A stretch of DNA of 64,000 bases from Azolla caroliniana. Its lineage: Eukaryota > Plantae > Polypodiophyta. The stretch is from contig JBHGNT010000007.1 of the NCBI GenBank assembly GCA_043228905.1, positions 5,146,001 through 5,210,000 of the forward strand, given 5' to 3'. Below are positions 38,936 to 52,100 of the stretch, piece by piece. The notes beneath the pieces were generated by a model that ran no database searches, was not told the DNA's origin, and was given only the letters and a program-made list of their open reading frames with translations. Numbering within the stretch: the first letter of the stretch is position 1; every line of letters begins with the position of its first letter. The position numbers and the translations under genes were made by a program.

Positions 38936-39673
38936 TCATAGTTTCATGGTATAATCGCATACATATTGGGTGGATCGGTCCAACACCGAGACGGTGATGT
39001 CGCAGCGGGACGTGGCATTGACGCGGGGCCGGAAGAGATTGAGGAAGTTGACGCTGCCCGAGACGTGGGTGGTGGTGGAGAAGGGCAAGGAGCCGGCGAG
39101 GAAGTCACGGATGAGGTGGTCGGTATCGCCAAGGAGGATGCGGTCGGCCAAGAGGTCTAGGTGTGAAACGAAGCGGATGGACTTTCTGGGGCCAATGGCA
39201 CCGGGCGGGATGGGGATGACCCCGACCTCGAGCCCCCGGTAGAACATGTGGCACGTGCTCTCCGTGTATCGGAAGCCCACGGGGTTCGGGTTCCGGACGG
39301 ACACGAGAAGTCCGAGTGTCACATTCAAGTGTATCGTCGGGGGTAGGTCTATGCCAATGTCCCCCCTCAATTCCTCTAGGGTTATGCTTTCCACACCAAT
39401 TTTAGGGTTCTTTGGCCTAAATATAGTGAACCCTAGAATTATCAAGACCATGGCTATGATTATCAGAATGCCACACAATGACCCACAACAAATATAGCAG
39501 CATCTCTTCCTTCTCCTCCTTTTGTTTCTTTCTTCTTCTCTTTCAGATTCTTCATCTTTCACTTCTTGAGCTTTGAATTCTCCTCCTCCTCCTCCTCCTC
39601 CTCCTCCTCCTAATCCTTCGTTGTGATTTGATTTGATTAGCTCAATATATGTCTTGCCATTCTCGTCAGACAT
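38936..39673 (-). CDS. LEA_2 / NDR1-HIN1-like (late embryogenesis abundant, hydroxyproline-rich family) protein, intronless, ~245 aa
   Basis: ATG at 39673; RRRRKRCCYICC, then a single TM helix, FRPKNP, SVRNPNPVGFRY (NPN motif), YRG..VG, and a C-terminal C-x-I...C pattern. Confidence 0.93.
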   Translation of the reverse strand: MSDENGKTYIELIKSNHNEGLGGGGGGGGGGEFKAQEVKDEESEREEERNKRRRRKRCCYICCGSLCGILIIIAMVLIILGFTIFRPKNPKIGVESITLEELRGDIGIDLPPTIHLNVTLGLLVSVRNPNPVGFRYTESTCHMFYRGLEVGVIPIPPGAIGPRKSIRFVSHLDLLADRILLGDTDHLIRDFLAGSLPFSTTTHVSGSVNFLNLFRPRVNATSRCDITVSVLDRSTQYVCDYTMKL

Positions 39674-40599
39674 GGTCCCAGAAGCTTCAGAGGAAAGCTG
39701 AAGAAGGAAGGAATCAAGCAAAAGAGAAGAGAAGCCCTAATGTCATATGGAAGCAAGATCTAGAAACAGATGGGACTACAAGACAGAAAAACAAGAGGAG
39801 TTGCCTTATTCACAGGATGCCTATCCCTAATCCATCAATGAATCAATACATGCTTTAGGAGGAAAACCCTAACCCTAATCAATCAAGGCTCTCTAAACAA
39901 CTATGTACATGTCTATTTAGAGAAGAAGAAGGAAGGAAGGAAGGAAGACCAAATTTCAAAACAAGCATTAATTTCAGAGTCATAGAGTTAGATGAGATTT
40001 TTTAAAAGAAAAATAAATAAAAGAAAGCATAGTTTTGGAAAAAGAAATAAAAAATAAAAAAGAAGCAAAAAGTAATGGAATGATATGCATATAACAAACT
40101 TTTGAAGGAATGATATGCATATAACAAGAGGGAGTTTGTGTGTATGTGTAGGCCCTTAACAACTATGTCTCGGGGGCTCATGTCGCATCATACATACATA
40201 TTACCATGTGGCGTGTCCCGACATTATGTATCGTTTATCAAGAAACCCCCAATGTGTCCCAATATGGTGTGCGATCCCGATTTACTCGCCATATTAACCC
40301 GTCCTTACTATATGCTTCAATGGATCGACATGTACACACACAAATGTCCTTCCTTCCCAAAAATGTCCCCTCCAGGCTCCACTAGTTGTCCATGATGTTT
40401 TGACGCATCCACTACTCGTGCTTCTCTCATTCGCAGCTATCGACAATGTCCATTACTTAACTTTGATGTCTATCCACGGTCCACCCAAGCTTGAATTTAG
40501 TGACTAAACTTTAGTATAATGAGAGCTAAACCTCATTGGTTCTCTCAAGAATGCTCTAAACCTCATTGGTTCTCTCAAGAAAGTGGCAAGCGCACCAAC

Positions 40600-42800
40600 G
40601 TCTTTATTTGGGGGATTGTTTATGAATGCAAGGTTAATGTCCCACGTTAACAAATGCGAAGCTAATGTCCCATCTCCACCTACCCTTCCTTGCCATGTGA
40701 AGGAAATCATGAGTCCTTACACTTTGACTTGAAATGCATGCTCTCATGGCAATAGTCATATGCTTGCAAGAAAATGTGTAAAGGGTTCAATGACTTCTTG
40801 CCATAATCATTGACATGTTTGTTGTGTGAATTTATTATTTGATGGTCATCCACCGAGTCTGAAAGCATTGACCAAAATCTAGTATAACAAGGACCAAACT
40901 CATTGGCCCTTGAGGAAGCGACAAGGGTAGCATCTTTATTGGGATGTCGACGCATCCAATGTTAAAAACCAATGGCTACCTACCATTCTAAAATCTTTGA
41001 AATTATGTATTGACAAGTAAATGCATTTACACGTCCTCGCACCTTGATCGAAAATCCATGTTGATGTGGACAAAGATCATGGCATGCACATCCTTATGAT
41101 AATAGGCTTACCCCATGACACATTTATGTGGCTAAAGATCATGGCTAATGTTGAAGCGATCAAAATCCAATATGATACAAGCCAAAATTTTCGTCCTCAA
41201 GAAAATGGTGAGGGTTGCTTCTTTATTTCGGCATGGCATGTAAGAATATTTTGTAGTGGAGTTGACAACTTGTGTGACATGTTGAGATAGTAGTACTTGT
41301 GTGTTGGTGTCGAACAAAATCATTGGGTGCAACAAAACAAAGGCAATAAAAATCATCGGTTCCAACAAACTTAGGAACTCGGATTCAAAATCAAAATACA
41401 ACAAAGACAAAAACATTTTTTCCCTCAATATTGCAACTAGGTTGCAAATGTTCAATCAAGTGTAGCATTACACAAGTTGTTTAAGATATAGCAATTATGT
41501 ATGTCATCGAGTACAACATTACCCAATTTGTTTAATATGCAATAGTTATGTGTGTCAATGTGTAAGATTAATCCATGTTATAATTTCTTGCACATAAAGA
41601 GAGTACTTTACGCATGCCAATGTATGGAATGGAGAAGCACTTTCCTTTATATTAAGCACTTGACATTTATATTACGCAAGCCTTCAAATTATGGATTAGT
41701 AAAGGAGAATGAGCTAGAACTTTTATACACATCACGATTCACAAATCATGGAGAATTACATGTTATGGTCGAGTCCTTGCCCATGAACAAGCAATTTAGA
41801 ATATCTTCAAATTTTTGAGAGAAAACAAGATAGTGAAGAAATATATAAAAGAGAGTGATACAAAAGCTTGCGATTGTGTGAGTCTTCAATCCATGGAAGG
41901 GTAAGAATAGCACACGCTTACGACAAAACATCTGTTATGTCATTGAAGTAGAAAGAAATAAGACATTGCGTGCTAAATTGCAATGTGAAAACATTGCCTT
42001 TATACAACATATCAGAATCGTTAGATGTCACCACATATTATCAGTTGCTATATTCATGAGGTTAACTTACGTAAATTCTAAAATTCAAGTATAAAAAACG
42101 ACAACAACTTTTCCTTTGCAACATAAAGGTTTTGGGGTCAAGTTAAGGGCAATTAAAGGCAGCTCAATGTTGCATTCATTATAGAAACTCTTCATACTTT
42201 TTAATTTGGGATCATGCATACTAATTGTCTCCTTCAAAAAGAATGTCTTTACAACATCCACAACAAAAGGAATGAAAACGATAGCATTTTTTTACATGAT
42301 TCTTCAGCATGACAATCGGATGTAAGGCAATGCCAACAAACACAGACTTCACTATCAAATTTGACATAATGAAGAAAAGGAGCACAATTTTAGAGGCTAT
42401 TTCTTTTATAGTTCCTTAATATGTCATCAAGTGCGCAACACATTTGATTATGAAATAGGTCATGTATGCTTCCATTTTAACTCCGACCACGCAAACAATG
42501 TGTCATGTCTCTGGATGCACTAATAAAAACTCAACGACTAAGCACTATCATGCAAAACATGGAGAACCTACCTACGTATGGGCCCAAAAATGCAAATGTG
42601 CTTCCTTAATGGCACCAATTTTAGTCCAATTCAAATCAATGTTTTTGGCCAATAGTATCAAATCAAGAGAGGGCGATGGTATGTTTCAAGAAAAGAGACC
42701 CTCAAGGCATCAAGGGATCATCATTGTTTTTGCTTGCCCAAAGGGTACAACCATTCAAACTATCTTATATTTTTTAATGTGAGGAAATCCAAAGCCATTC
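40600..42800 (-). mobile_element. Very old hAT-like (ZNF862-type) transposase remnant
   Basis: Scattered minus-strand motifs (SIHWHA, resembling the IHC..H motif); no intact frame. Confidence 0.25.
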
Positions 42801-44540
42801 TTGAATCTTGATAGTTAGAAGGGTTCATTAGAAGTATACCGTAATGGTCCGTTATCCGCTTGTTAGCTGAATTACAAAGTGGATGAAGGTTAACAAGTAA
42901 TTGCCAATTTTGAAAAGTGTGTTCATTTATTTTTTAAATTACACTTACTATGCTCAATGGAAGTTGTAGCTCCAAATGATACGAAAATTAAGGTTGACAT
43001 ATACTGATTAAGAATGACCATAAATAACGTTAAATATTTTGAATATACCTTGAATCACCACACTAAAGGAAAAACAATTCACTTAATCTCCCGACAATCT
43101 CAAATTTATTTAACAAATTCGATGTGCCATGAGAAGAAAATTTGACACATTAAATGTTAATTTCTCTCATTAGCACAATACCCACTTCCTAACTAGGACC
43201 ATTCTTACCAAATTAAGCTTCACTTAATATAATTACCAGCTTAATTTGGCATTTTAGAGCCTTAACTTAGACCATCTGCATATATCTGGTATTTTCGAAA
43301 ACAAGAAGCAGCCATATATTTAGAGATTTACAATACATATAAGCATATCTGAGTAATTTCTATTATTGTAATTTTTTCTCGAAGTTTTCTGACCTTATAA
43401 TTTCAAAACATTCATATCTATGATAACATTTTCATTATTCAACTATCACTTTTCATTTTAATTTAATGCTTATGGACATCGACACATGATATATCTTTCT
43501 TTTTTGAATGCATCTTCTATGTGTAAAACCTTGACACATTTGGTATACTCATGTTCCTAATTGTCGTGTTAAGCAATGTAATTTAGTTTTTTTTAAAGAT
43601 AACAATCCAAATGTTCATTAACAACTACATCTTTGCAATTTCATGCATTTTACACATGTTTTGATACATCCTCATCTTCGATCGGTGAGAACAACAGGAC
43701 TACAATTTAAGACACATAACTACTGTAAGTAACAATTACTATGGAACCTTGCAAGAATCAGCTATTGCTCCAAGTACAATCCTAGGATCATAATGCCTCT
43801 TTACTAAAAAGTCTCCTCACAATAGTGTTGAGAGATCGACTATGACAAGAGGCAAGTCACTATAATGCATGAGGAAGTCATGTATGAAATGATGTTGGAA
43901 CACAATAATCACTAGAAAATTGCCGATGCCAAGGTTGTGCTATTCGAGCAAAAAATTCAATGGTTATATAAAATTCAACTTATTTCCACAACCATCTTGT
44001 AGCATCCATCAACAGTAATACATAACATAATTTCCTCTTCTATCCTAGTAATGCCTAGGGATTTGATATTATTGAGCCTTGTACTAACCATGTACAACTG
44101 TAGTTACTGGATGCAACTTAAACACTAAGTGAAGTTACAATTACCGTGTGATTTTATTCATTTGATTCTGATGGAGCCAAGTGAAGGGCATATTATCTTC
44201 AGAATTTTATTCAATAATTTTGCAAATGGTATAACAGGAGGCTGAATTCCAAGGAGTTGATCAAGGTCGCTTCATTAAAAATGTTACAACAATGAATGAA
44301 TGAAATATCTGTCTATAAAAATCAAGCTTTGTATATCGATGAGAAAATGTGCACATAAATAATTCAAACTGTCCTTACTATACAAAAACACTAAAATGAT
44401 ACTCTTGAGGAATACTACAATTTAGTATAATGAATGACTATCATTGAAATGTTGTGGATATACAAAATAGTCACTAAATTGTTCCTCTTTGAATATATGA
44501 AGCAAACTAGATAACTGAAATGAGTGAAAGGTGTACATAA

Positions 44541-45963
44541 TTACCCCAGAAAAGGCAATGGGAAAGGCAAGTGAATAAAGTCTGCGGCCACTAGCACATA
44601 CAACACCCATATCGGAAACAATGAAAGAACTAATTGCAAGGCACCTATTTGATCTGCAATTTCAAAAAATCAAAGATCACATGTCCATGTTTCAGAATGA
44701 TACGGCTATTTTGTGAGAAAGCAACTACTCTAAAACATCGCAAAACACAAAGTTCTAAACTTCTATACAACCTCACTTTGCAAAAACCGTTGATCGTGGA
44801 ATTGTTTTAATGTTTCGTATGCAATCATTAAAGAAAGGCCCACAAGCTTCTTCAAGTACATAGATTTGCACTCCTTTGATCAGATTACCTTATGAGAGGC
44901 ACTAGAGATCATTGAGCTTGGGAATTTAGTCCCTTGTGTCCCTTGTGATAACTAGAACCTAGACCACTTTTGTCCTTTTGAATAATAATGATAATGTTCC
45001 ATCTCTTGAATTGCAATGAAAAATCTAAGTATTCCAAAATCATTCGATGAGATTATGAGTTTTGCGCGAGCAAATATTGTATGGATATGTTGATCTCGAG
45101 CTTACGACAAATATATCCATTTATGTGTGTGCAGCTAAGTAGTCTCTAGACCAGATGCTTCCTCATTCCACATGTTTTGCCCTAGGTATGTTATAAGGAT
45201 CCACGGACATGGAGATCATCATAAATAGGTCTCTTATGTTCTTAGAAATCAGTATGTAGCTATGTTTTTTTTTCCATAGCCAGATGGTGCATTCCTTAAA
45301 TGATAAGTTCTAATTCGCCTGCATTGCACTTAAATGCATCATTTACTCTAAATCAGATATGAAGAAAAAACTAATTTCAGAAGGGGGTTCGATTTGTGTA
45401 AGAATGTTAATGTTGGGAGAGACTTACATTCATCTCCTTCAGTTATATCTGAGAGTCCCTCAGAAGCTTTCTCAATAGAGTCCATGAAATTATTCTCTTT
45501 CTTCACATTCTCATTGCTGCCATTGCTCTGGAATGGTGAAAACCTAGACCTGCAGAAAACAGAGGGAAGTTGCTCTTCCATCCAGGAAGAAAGAGAAAGA
45601 AGATGAAGAGAGAAGAGAGAAGAGAGAATAGAAAATACCTAAGGGTTTCATCTTCTCTGTTTATACCAAGGGCAGATTTAAAGTCAGAAACAGAAGGCTC
45701 CTCATCCATGTTCTCATCATCTAAATTTGAACGAATTCCTCTGCAGGCAAGAACACACCATAATTATTATCTATCTACATCAAAATGGGATTCTGATCAG
45801 AGAGTGCAGAGAGATGAGGAGATCATTACCTGAGGGGTCTGTGTCTTCTTCTTCTACTTCTTCTGATGGATTGATGGGGAAGGGATGTGATGGGGGGATG
45901 AGCTATGGAGGCCTTCAGAGTGACTAGACTCACTGCAGAAGAGAGTCCTGCGGTTGTTGCCAT
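44541..45963 (-). CDS. CRR3: CRR3-like chloroplast NDH complex factor; exons 45963-45830, 45740-45639, 45549-45428, 44653-44541 (156 aa)
   Basis: All introns GT-AG with consistent phases (471 nt total). Ser/Arg-rich transit peptide MATTAGLSSAVSLV..., EPSVSDFKSALG, and C-terminal TM FPIWVLYVLVAADFIHLPFPLPFLG, which resembles the CRR3 LPIW..LVA.G.IKLPFS.PFL tail as I recall it. Confidence 0.75.
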
Positions 45964-46167
45964 GGAGGGTAGAAATTCGCCCACATACATACATTGATAG
46001 TCTTATTACTCTTATACATATACTTATACATTATACATTATACATACAAATACTGTATAATACATACAAATACACATACATATGCATATAAGCACATACA
46101 TATGTATATAAGTGTGTGGCTTTGTATGTATGTATGTGTATAGAAAGAGATAGATAGATAGATTATA

Positions 46168-46480
46168 GGGAAAAGTACCAAGATACCCTTGGAAGTTCGT
46201 CTATTTACCAGAATGCCCCTGAAAATTCCAAATTTACCAAACTACCCCTATGTCCAACAAAATACACTTTATAAAGTAATTATACACTCAAATCTACAAG
46301 TCCTATTTACTAGAATACCCTTCAAACATAAATTTCGTTACTTAAGAGATTCTTTGGGTCCTTTGTACTTACTTTATAAAGTGTATTTTTTTGGACAAAG
46401 GGGTAGTTTGGTAAATTTGGAACTTCCAGGGGCATTCTGTTAAATAGACGAACTTCCAAGGGTATCTTGGTACTTTTCCC
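46168..46480. mobile_element. Mutator-like MITE (near-perfect hairpin)
   Basis: TIRs gggaaaagtaccaagataccc... ~110 bp; perfect 9-bp TSD tagattata (46159-46167 / 46481-46489). Confidence 0.92.
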
Positions 46481-46489
46481 TAGATTATA

Positions 46490-47340
46490 TTATCGTCTTC
46501 GGAGGTCAAATATGACCTATGAGACCAAAAATATTACATTTCACGTGATATGTGTGAAAGTGAGTAGTGACTCTCGATGTTCAAGAATTTTACCAATGAA
46601 TGTTGCAATCGAGAGTGCACATTGTGGTTGTGAGAGGAATTCATGCAAGGATTGGGCTTGGTCAAAGAGATGTGGAAAGCATGGTCGAATATGATCAAAG
46701 GCAGAGCATTGTATCGAAGTGTGATACTCAGACTTGCGAACTTATTTAGGGCAAAGTGTGCATAGCCGACCACTCTCATCGCTTGTACCCCAACGCCATG
46801 TCTCACATCGCAATGCATGTGAGCTAAGTCGCATGGAAGCAATGGTTCGAATGACAAATAGCGGTGTGGGCTCTAACATGTATCGATGTGTGCGGTTTCC
46901 CCATTCCGCAAAGAATATGGTTTTGTAGTTAGGTGCAATATGTGTAGTATAATGTGTGAAAGCGTGAGCCTCCACATTTGTCCCATGCCATGATACATTG
47001 GCATTGCAAAAATGCCTCATTTACAAAGGAATCTAGTGATGCATCATGAAGCAAGTGTCTCGCATCCCATCTACCAAACCATTTTTCTATATCTTGCATC
47101 CAACCGGAACACAAAAAATTGCTTTTATGCGTCTTTTGGATCTTTTTGCTTGATTCCCATGCAATTCTAGGAAGTCAATGTGAGGGACTTTTTTGAACCT
47201 TAAGCATGTATTCAACAACCCTTTCCATGGCCATGATCTCAATAGGAAGCGATCCCATCTCAAGGACGAGGACGGTGTAGGGCGTTTGTTTCTTAACTTG
47301 TAGAAACTTTGTAAGAAAATGTTTTTGGACATTTTGATCA
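46490..47340 (-). mobile_element. LINE 3' fragment (ORF2 C-terminal zinc-finger region)
   Basis: MRLSSHALRCETWRWG...RLCTLCPK (HxLxxExGR...CxxC) and KKQTPYTVLVLEMGSLPIE. Confidence 0.8.
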
Positions 47341-49144
47341 TAGAGGGAGGGAGGGAGGGAGGGAATATGCACACATAATATAGATTAAGTTCAAGCTCAA
47401 AAAAGCAATCTAGAAAAATGTGGACATGAAGAGGAGTACTCGGAGTGAGTGAGAGTGCTCGATGACCAAAGTGCCCCACAAAGCCCAATAAGGAGGAATC
47501 TCTATGGATCCAACAAAGATTTGAGGAGACACATGTTAAAGTTAAGGCTTGACGATAAATTGAGGATCTGCATAAATCGTCACTCGAAGAAAGAGGTGAA
47601 AACCAAACATCAAAGGACAAGTGGCTATCCACGCGAAATTCATTTTTAGGTCATGGGGATCTCACATAGGCTACAAAAAAAGGAAGAGAGACATCATTAT
47701 CAAGTTCACAAAAGTTATATAACTAGATGCCATCCTAAGACCAATATTGTTTCATCAATCTTTGCTCTAAACCAATTATTGATGTTGTCCTAGTCAGCAA
47801 TGCCTTCCGCCAAACAACCTCAATCAAACACCATATCAAGGGTGTATTGCTAGTATTGATGGCTAGTCGATGGATGTCAACAACATTTAGCTAACGGTTC
47901 ATAATTAAAACAATCGTTATGGATAAGGTACTTAGTTACTTACAATCAATAGGGGAAAGAGGTTTAACAAAGAATTAAACAACACAAGATGAAATAAAAT
48001 CAACAAAAAATAGATGTCGAAAGGGTCAATTAATACCTAGGAGTACAATGGTGAAATAGTGCATAGAGATCATTGCGGTCAATCAGGACCACAACTCTAT
48101 TAATGGTAGTTACAAGAAGAGCAAGGGTCCCTTTGATGACAGGTTGAGTAAGGATGGTGATACTCTACTAATTATCAACTATTCCACCTCTTCCTTTTTA
48201 TCCATCTCCCAACTTTATAACAAAATTTGGGGAGGGACAATTATATTGACCAAATCATTCGCACAAATAGCATTAAAGCCTTTATGGCCATGTAAAGTAC
48301 AAACTACAAGATACCTTAATAATAATAATGACACTGTTATTTGTTCTTAATGATTCATTGAGGCCCTTTTGGCATATTGCCGCCACACCATCGAGTCAGT
48401 TTTGTAATCTATGTCGTTGTGATTGGTGGTAATGGGGTGGTTGTGAAGTGAGGGTTGTAGTTGCATATCATACCATGGTGGAATTGTCACCAATTGGTGG
48501 TGGTGGAGATGTTAAGGAGGTAAGGATTTTTTCATTTGTTGGGCCCCTAAGGGTTGACATTGGATGTTCATCCAAATGACATGTGTGAGTGCAATGCAAT
48601 TGTTGGATAAGCATTGGAGCTAGTAAGTATTCTTCTAGACTTAGGTGACAATGTGGCACAATCCTAACCATTTGCACATAAATGATTCACTGAGGCCCTT
48701 TGAACATATTGTCGCTACACCATTAAGTAAGTTGTATAATCTACATTATAGTGGATCCCAAGGTCATAAATGCATTTCAACCACTATTGGGTGACTGAGA
48801 GGTTATATTCCACAATTATTCTAAGGAAGGGCAAATGCTTGAGTAGATGTAACCACTAATTGATAGAATCTTGCATTTTGGATTCAAAGAGATTGTCAAA
48901 AGCTCTAGGGGAAACTAAGGGTTGTGGCCATTATATAGTGCCTTAAAAGGCTTTACCTTGGTAGAACTGTGTGGTGTGGTGTTTGTATGTGTGCACCATA
49001 TAAGGGAGTAAATTATCTAATTGTAGTGTAGAGGGTCGACATCGGAGACAATGACATGTTTCGTTATTTTATTCAGTCACTCAATTAGGACATTGGTTTT
49101 GGGGTAGTAAGGAGATGCAAACACTTTTTGCAAGCCTAAGTGAT

Positions 49145-52100
49145 GTGTTAGAAGTTGCATGACTTCACTTCTAAATTGTGTGCCTAACTGATGTGTTAGA
49201 AGTTGCATGACTTCACTAGAGGGGTAGCATAAAAAGAAAAAAAATGTTGGAGATTAGAAAAACAAAGTGAGAAAACAGAGATAAAAAAACCCAAGTGAGA
49301 AAATGGAGATCAGAAAAATAGAGTGACAATAACCAAGTGTGTGTGAGAGATCAAAAACAAAAAAGACGAAGAGAGATTGAAGGTGAACAAAGAATCTTGA
49401 GAAAACGTTGATCTCAACTTACACCAACTACTCAATGCTCACTTACACATGCAAACATTTCCACCTTCTTATTAGTGTGGGTGGAAGTAGGACAACAAAT
49501 AGCGATATCAACGGTGGTTTAATTCTAATGTAATCTCAAGGAGACATGATCTAGACATCCACCGATGATGATCATGTTCCACTTGGTACCAAGTTTGTCG
49601 TAAACTTGACGGTTTCATGATTCCACAGTGATAGTGATGAAACTTTTGATATCGACATTGTCATTTAATTTGTAAGACTAGTATGCCCTAAATGCAATAG
49701 AGAGTATTTGTATTTATTTATTTATTTTCAAAAAAATTGCTACCCATTAGTTAAGGAAGAAATACATGAGGTACAATATTACAAGGGCTCCGCGGCTTCG
49801 ATTAACGCTAAAAACGTGAAGCCTAGAGTGATCCGTCTACAATCCAAGGACGGTGGGGGGATGTCTCATAGAGTATTTTTATTTTTATTCCCATATTTAT
49901 AATTAACAAAAATTAAGGGAAAAATAAAACGATTTCATTTCATTGTGTGTGCTTGTTTATTCGAATTTTGACACCCCTTTTCCTAGCAAGTGGTATTAGA
50001 GTCGAGGCTCATATCCTCTTTAATATTAGCATATGGATGAATCCTTTAGTTCGATGCTTACACTAATTGAGCCCAATTATGGAAGCCCAAAATGAGTGAT
50101 TTATTACGGTGTAAGGTTTCGTGGTTGCCTACATACAATGTGGTATCGCAAAATTAGAAAATGTAGGTGCGAGAACTTGGGAAGTCATGCATTGAAAAAC
50201 AACATCATGTATACGATGTTTTATTGACATGTGTTTATAGAATAACTTTGATGATGAAATTAAAGTGGATGTGTTGTGGAAGAAAATTGAGGTTATGTTC
50301 AAAATTAAGTATGTTGTGAATAGAGTTTTTGTATTTTGAAAGATAGTACCATTGAGATATTGGATGACTCTAGTATGGCGTGGAACTTGAATGTATTTCA
50401 AGGGTTGATCAATAAAACTCTCTCTCTAGACATAGCATCGGTATGAGGTTTTGGCTTTATTGTTGTTAGGCTCCCTCCCAAACAAATGGGAGGCACTTGG
50501 GAATTCAATACCACAAGGAAAGCTGACATTGGATATGCTTAATTCTAGTCTACTTAATAAAGAAGCAAGACAAAAGGAGCATGATTCCAATGTGCTTTAA
50601 ACATAAAGCACTAGTCACAAAAAACAACCTCAAATAGAGGAAGATGCAATACTAGGGGTCCACAAAATAATAGAAATAATTCCAAGGGGAGGTCTAAGTC
50701 CAGAAATAAGAAAGTTTTTTATGATCATATTGTGATCGTCGAAATCTCTATAAGAGAGACTACGGAAAGAAGAAGAGAAACCAAAAAAATTAAACCATTG
50801 ACAACAAGAAAATTTACAATTATACAATAGTGTGGTGAAATTATCATTGTTTGTGTTGATGCTTGTGTCAGTTTAGCATTTCAATAAACTTATTGGATTA
50901 TTGACTCAGGAGCCTCGTATTATATTACATCGTATTGGGTTCTATGTTCACATCATATGCAAGTGGTAACTTTGATAGAGTCAAAATGGCCAACCAATGT
51001 ATGACAGAGGTTCTTGGCACAAGGAATGTCATTTTGGTGACAGACACAATGTTGCGAGGATATGCGTGCGTGTGTGCTACTCGAGCGGAACCACAGGGAT
51101 CGTGGACGGGGGAGTCGGAGAGGAAGGTGGGAGATCATCGCTTTCTTCCTTGCTTTTCACCAAACTTGTCGTCCCTTTTCATGCTCTTCTACTTGTCTTC
51201 TCAACCGTTGGGCTCTTCACACAAGCGAAAGGACAAGGCCCACAACGAAAGATGAGCACACAAGGCAAAAGCAAAAGAAAAGGAAGAGCACACATTCACC
51301 AATGCTTAAACACCTTGATGAGGAGAGGTGCATGGGCACACCCAAAACGCTCCTTCGTCATAAGGCGACCGAATGCACAAGGAAAGGACAAGAGCGCACA
51401 CACGAATGTCTGAACACCTTTATGAGGAGAAGAGGTGCATGGGCATGCCCGAAATGCTCCCTCGTCACAAGATGACCAAACGCACAAGGGAAGGACAGGA
51501 ACACACACACAAATGTCCGAACACCTTTATGAGGAGAGGTGCATGGGCACACCTGAAACGCTTCCTCGCCACAAGATGACCAAACACACAAGGAAGGAAC
51601 AAGAACACACACACAAATGTCTGAATGCCTTTCTGAGGAGGAGAGGTGCATGGGGACGCCTGAAATGCTCCCTCATCACAAGACGACCGAACATACAAGG
51701 AAAGAACAATAACACACACACACACGAATGTTTGAACGCCTTTATGAGGAGGGGAGGTGCATGGGCACGCCCGAAACGCTTCCTCATTACAAAACGAATG
51801 AACGCACAAGGAAGGAACAAGAACATACACACGAATGTCTAAGCATCTTTATGAGGAGGAGAGGTGCATAGGCATGCCAAAACGCTCCCTTGTCACAAGA
51901 CGATCGAACACACAAGGAAAGAACAAGAACACACACATGAATGTCTGAACGCCTTTATGAGGAGAGGTGCATGAGCACACCCAAAATGCTCCCTCGATAT
52001 AAAACGATCGAACACACCAGGAAAGAACAAGAACACACACACGAATGTCTGAACTCCGTTATGAGGAGGGGAGTTGCATGGGCACGCCCGAAACGCTCCC

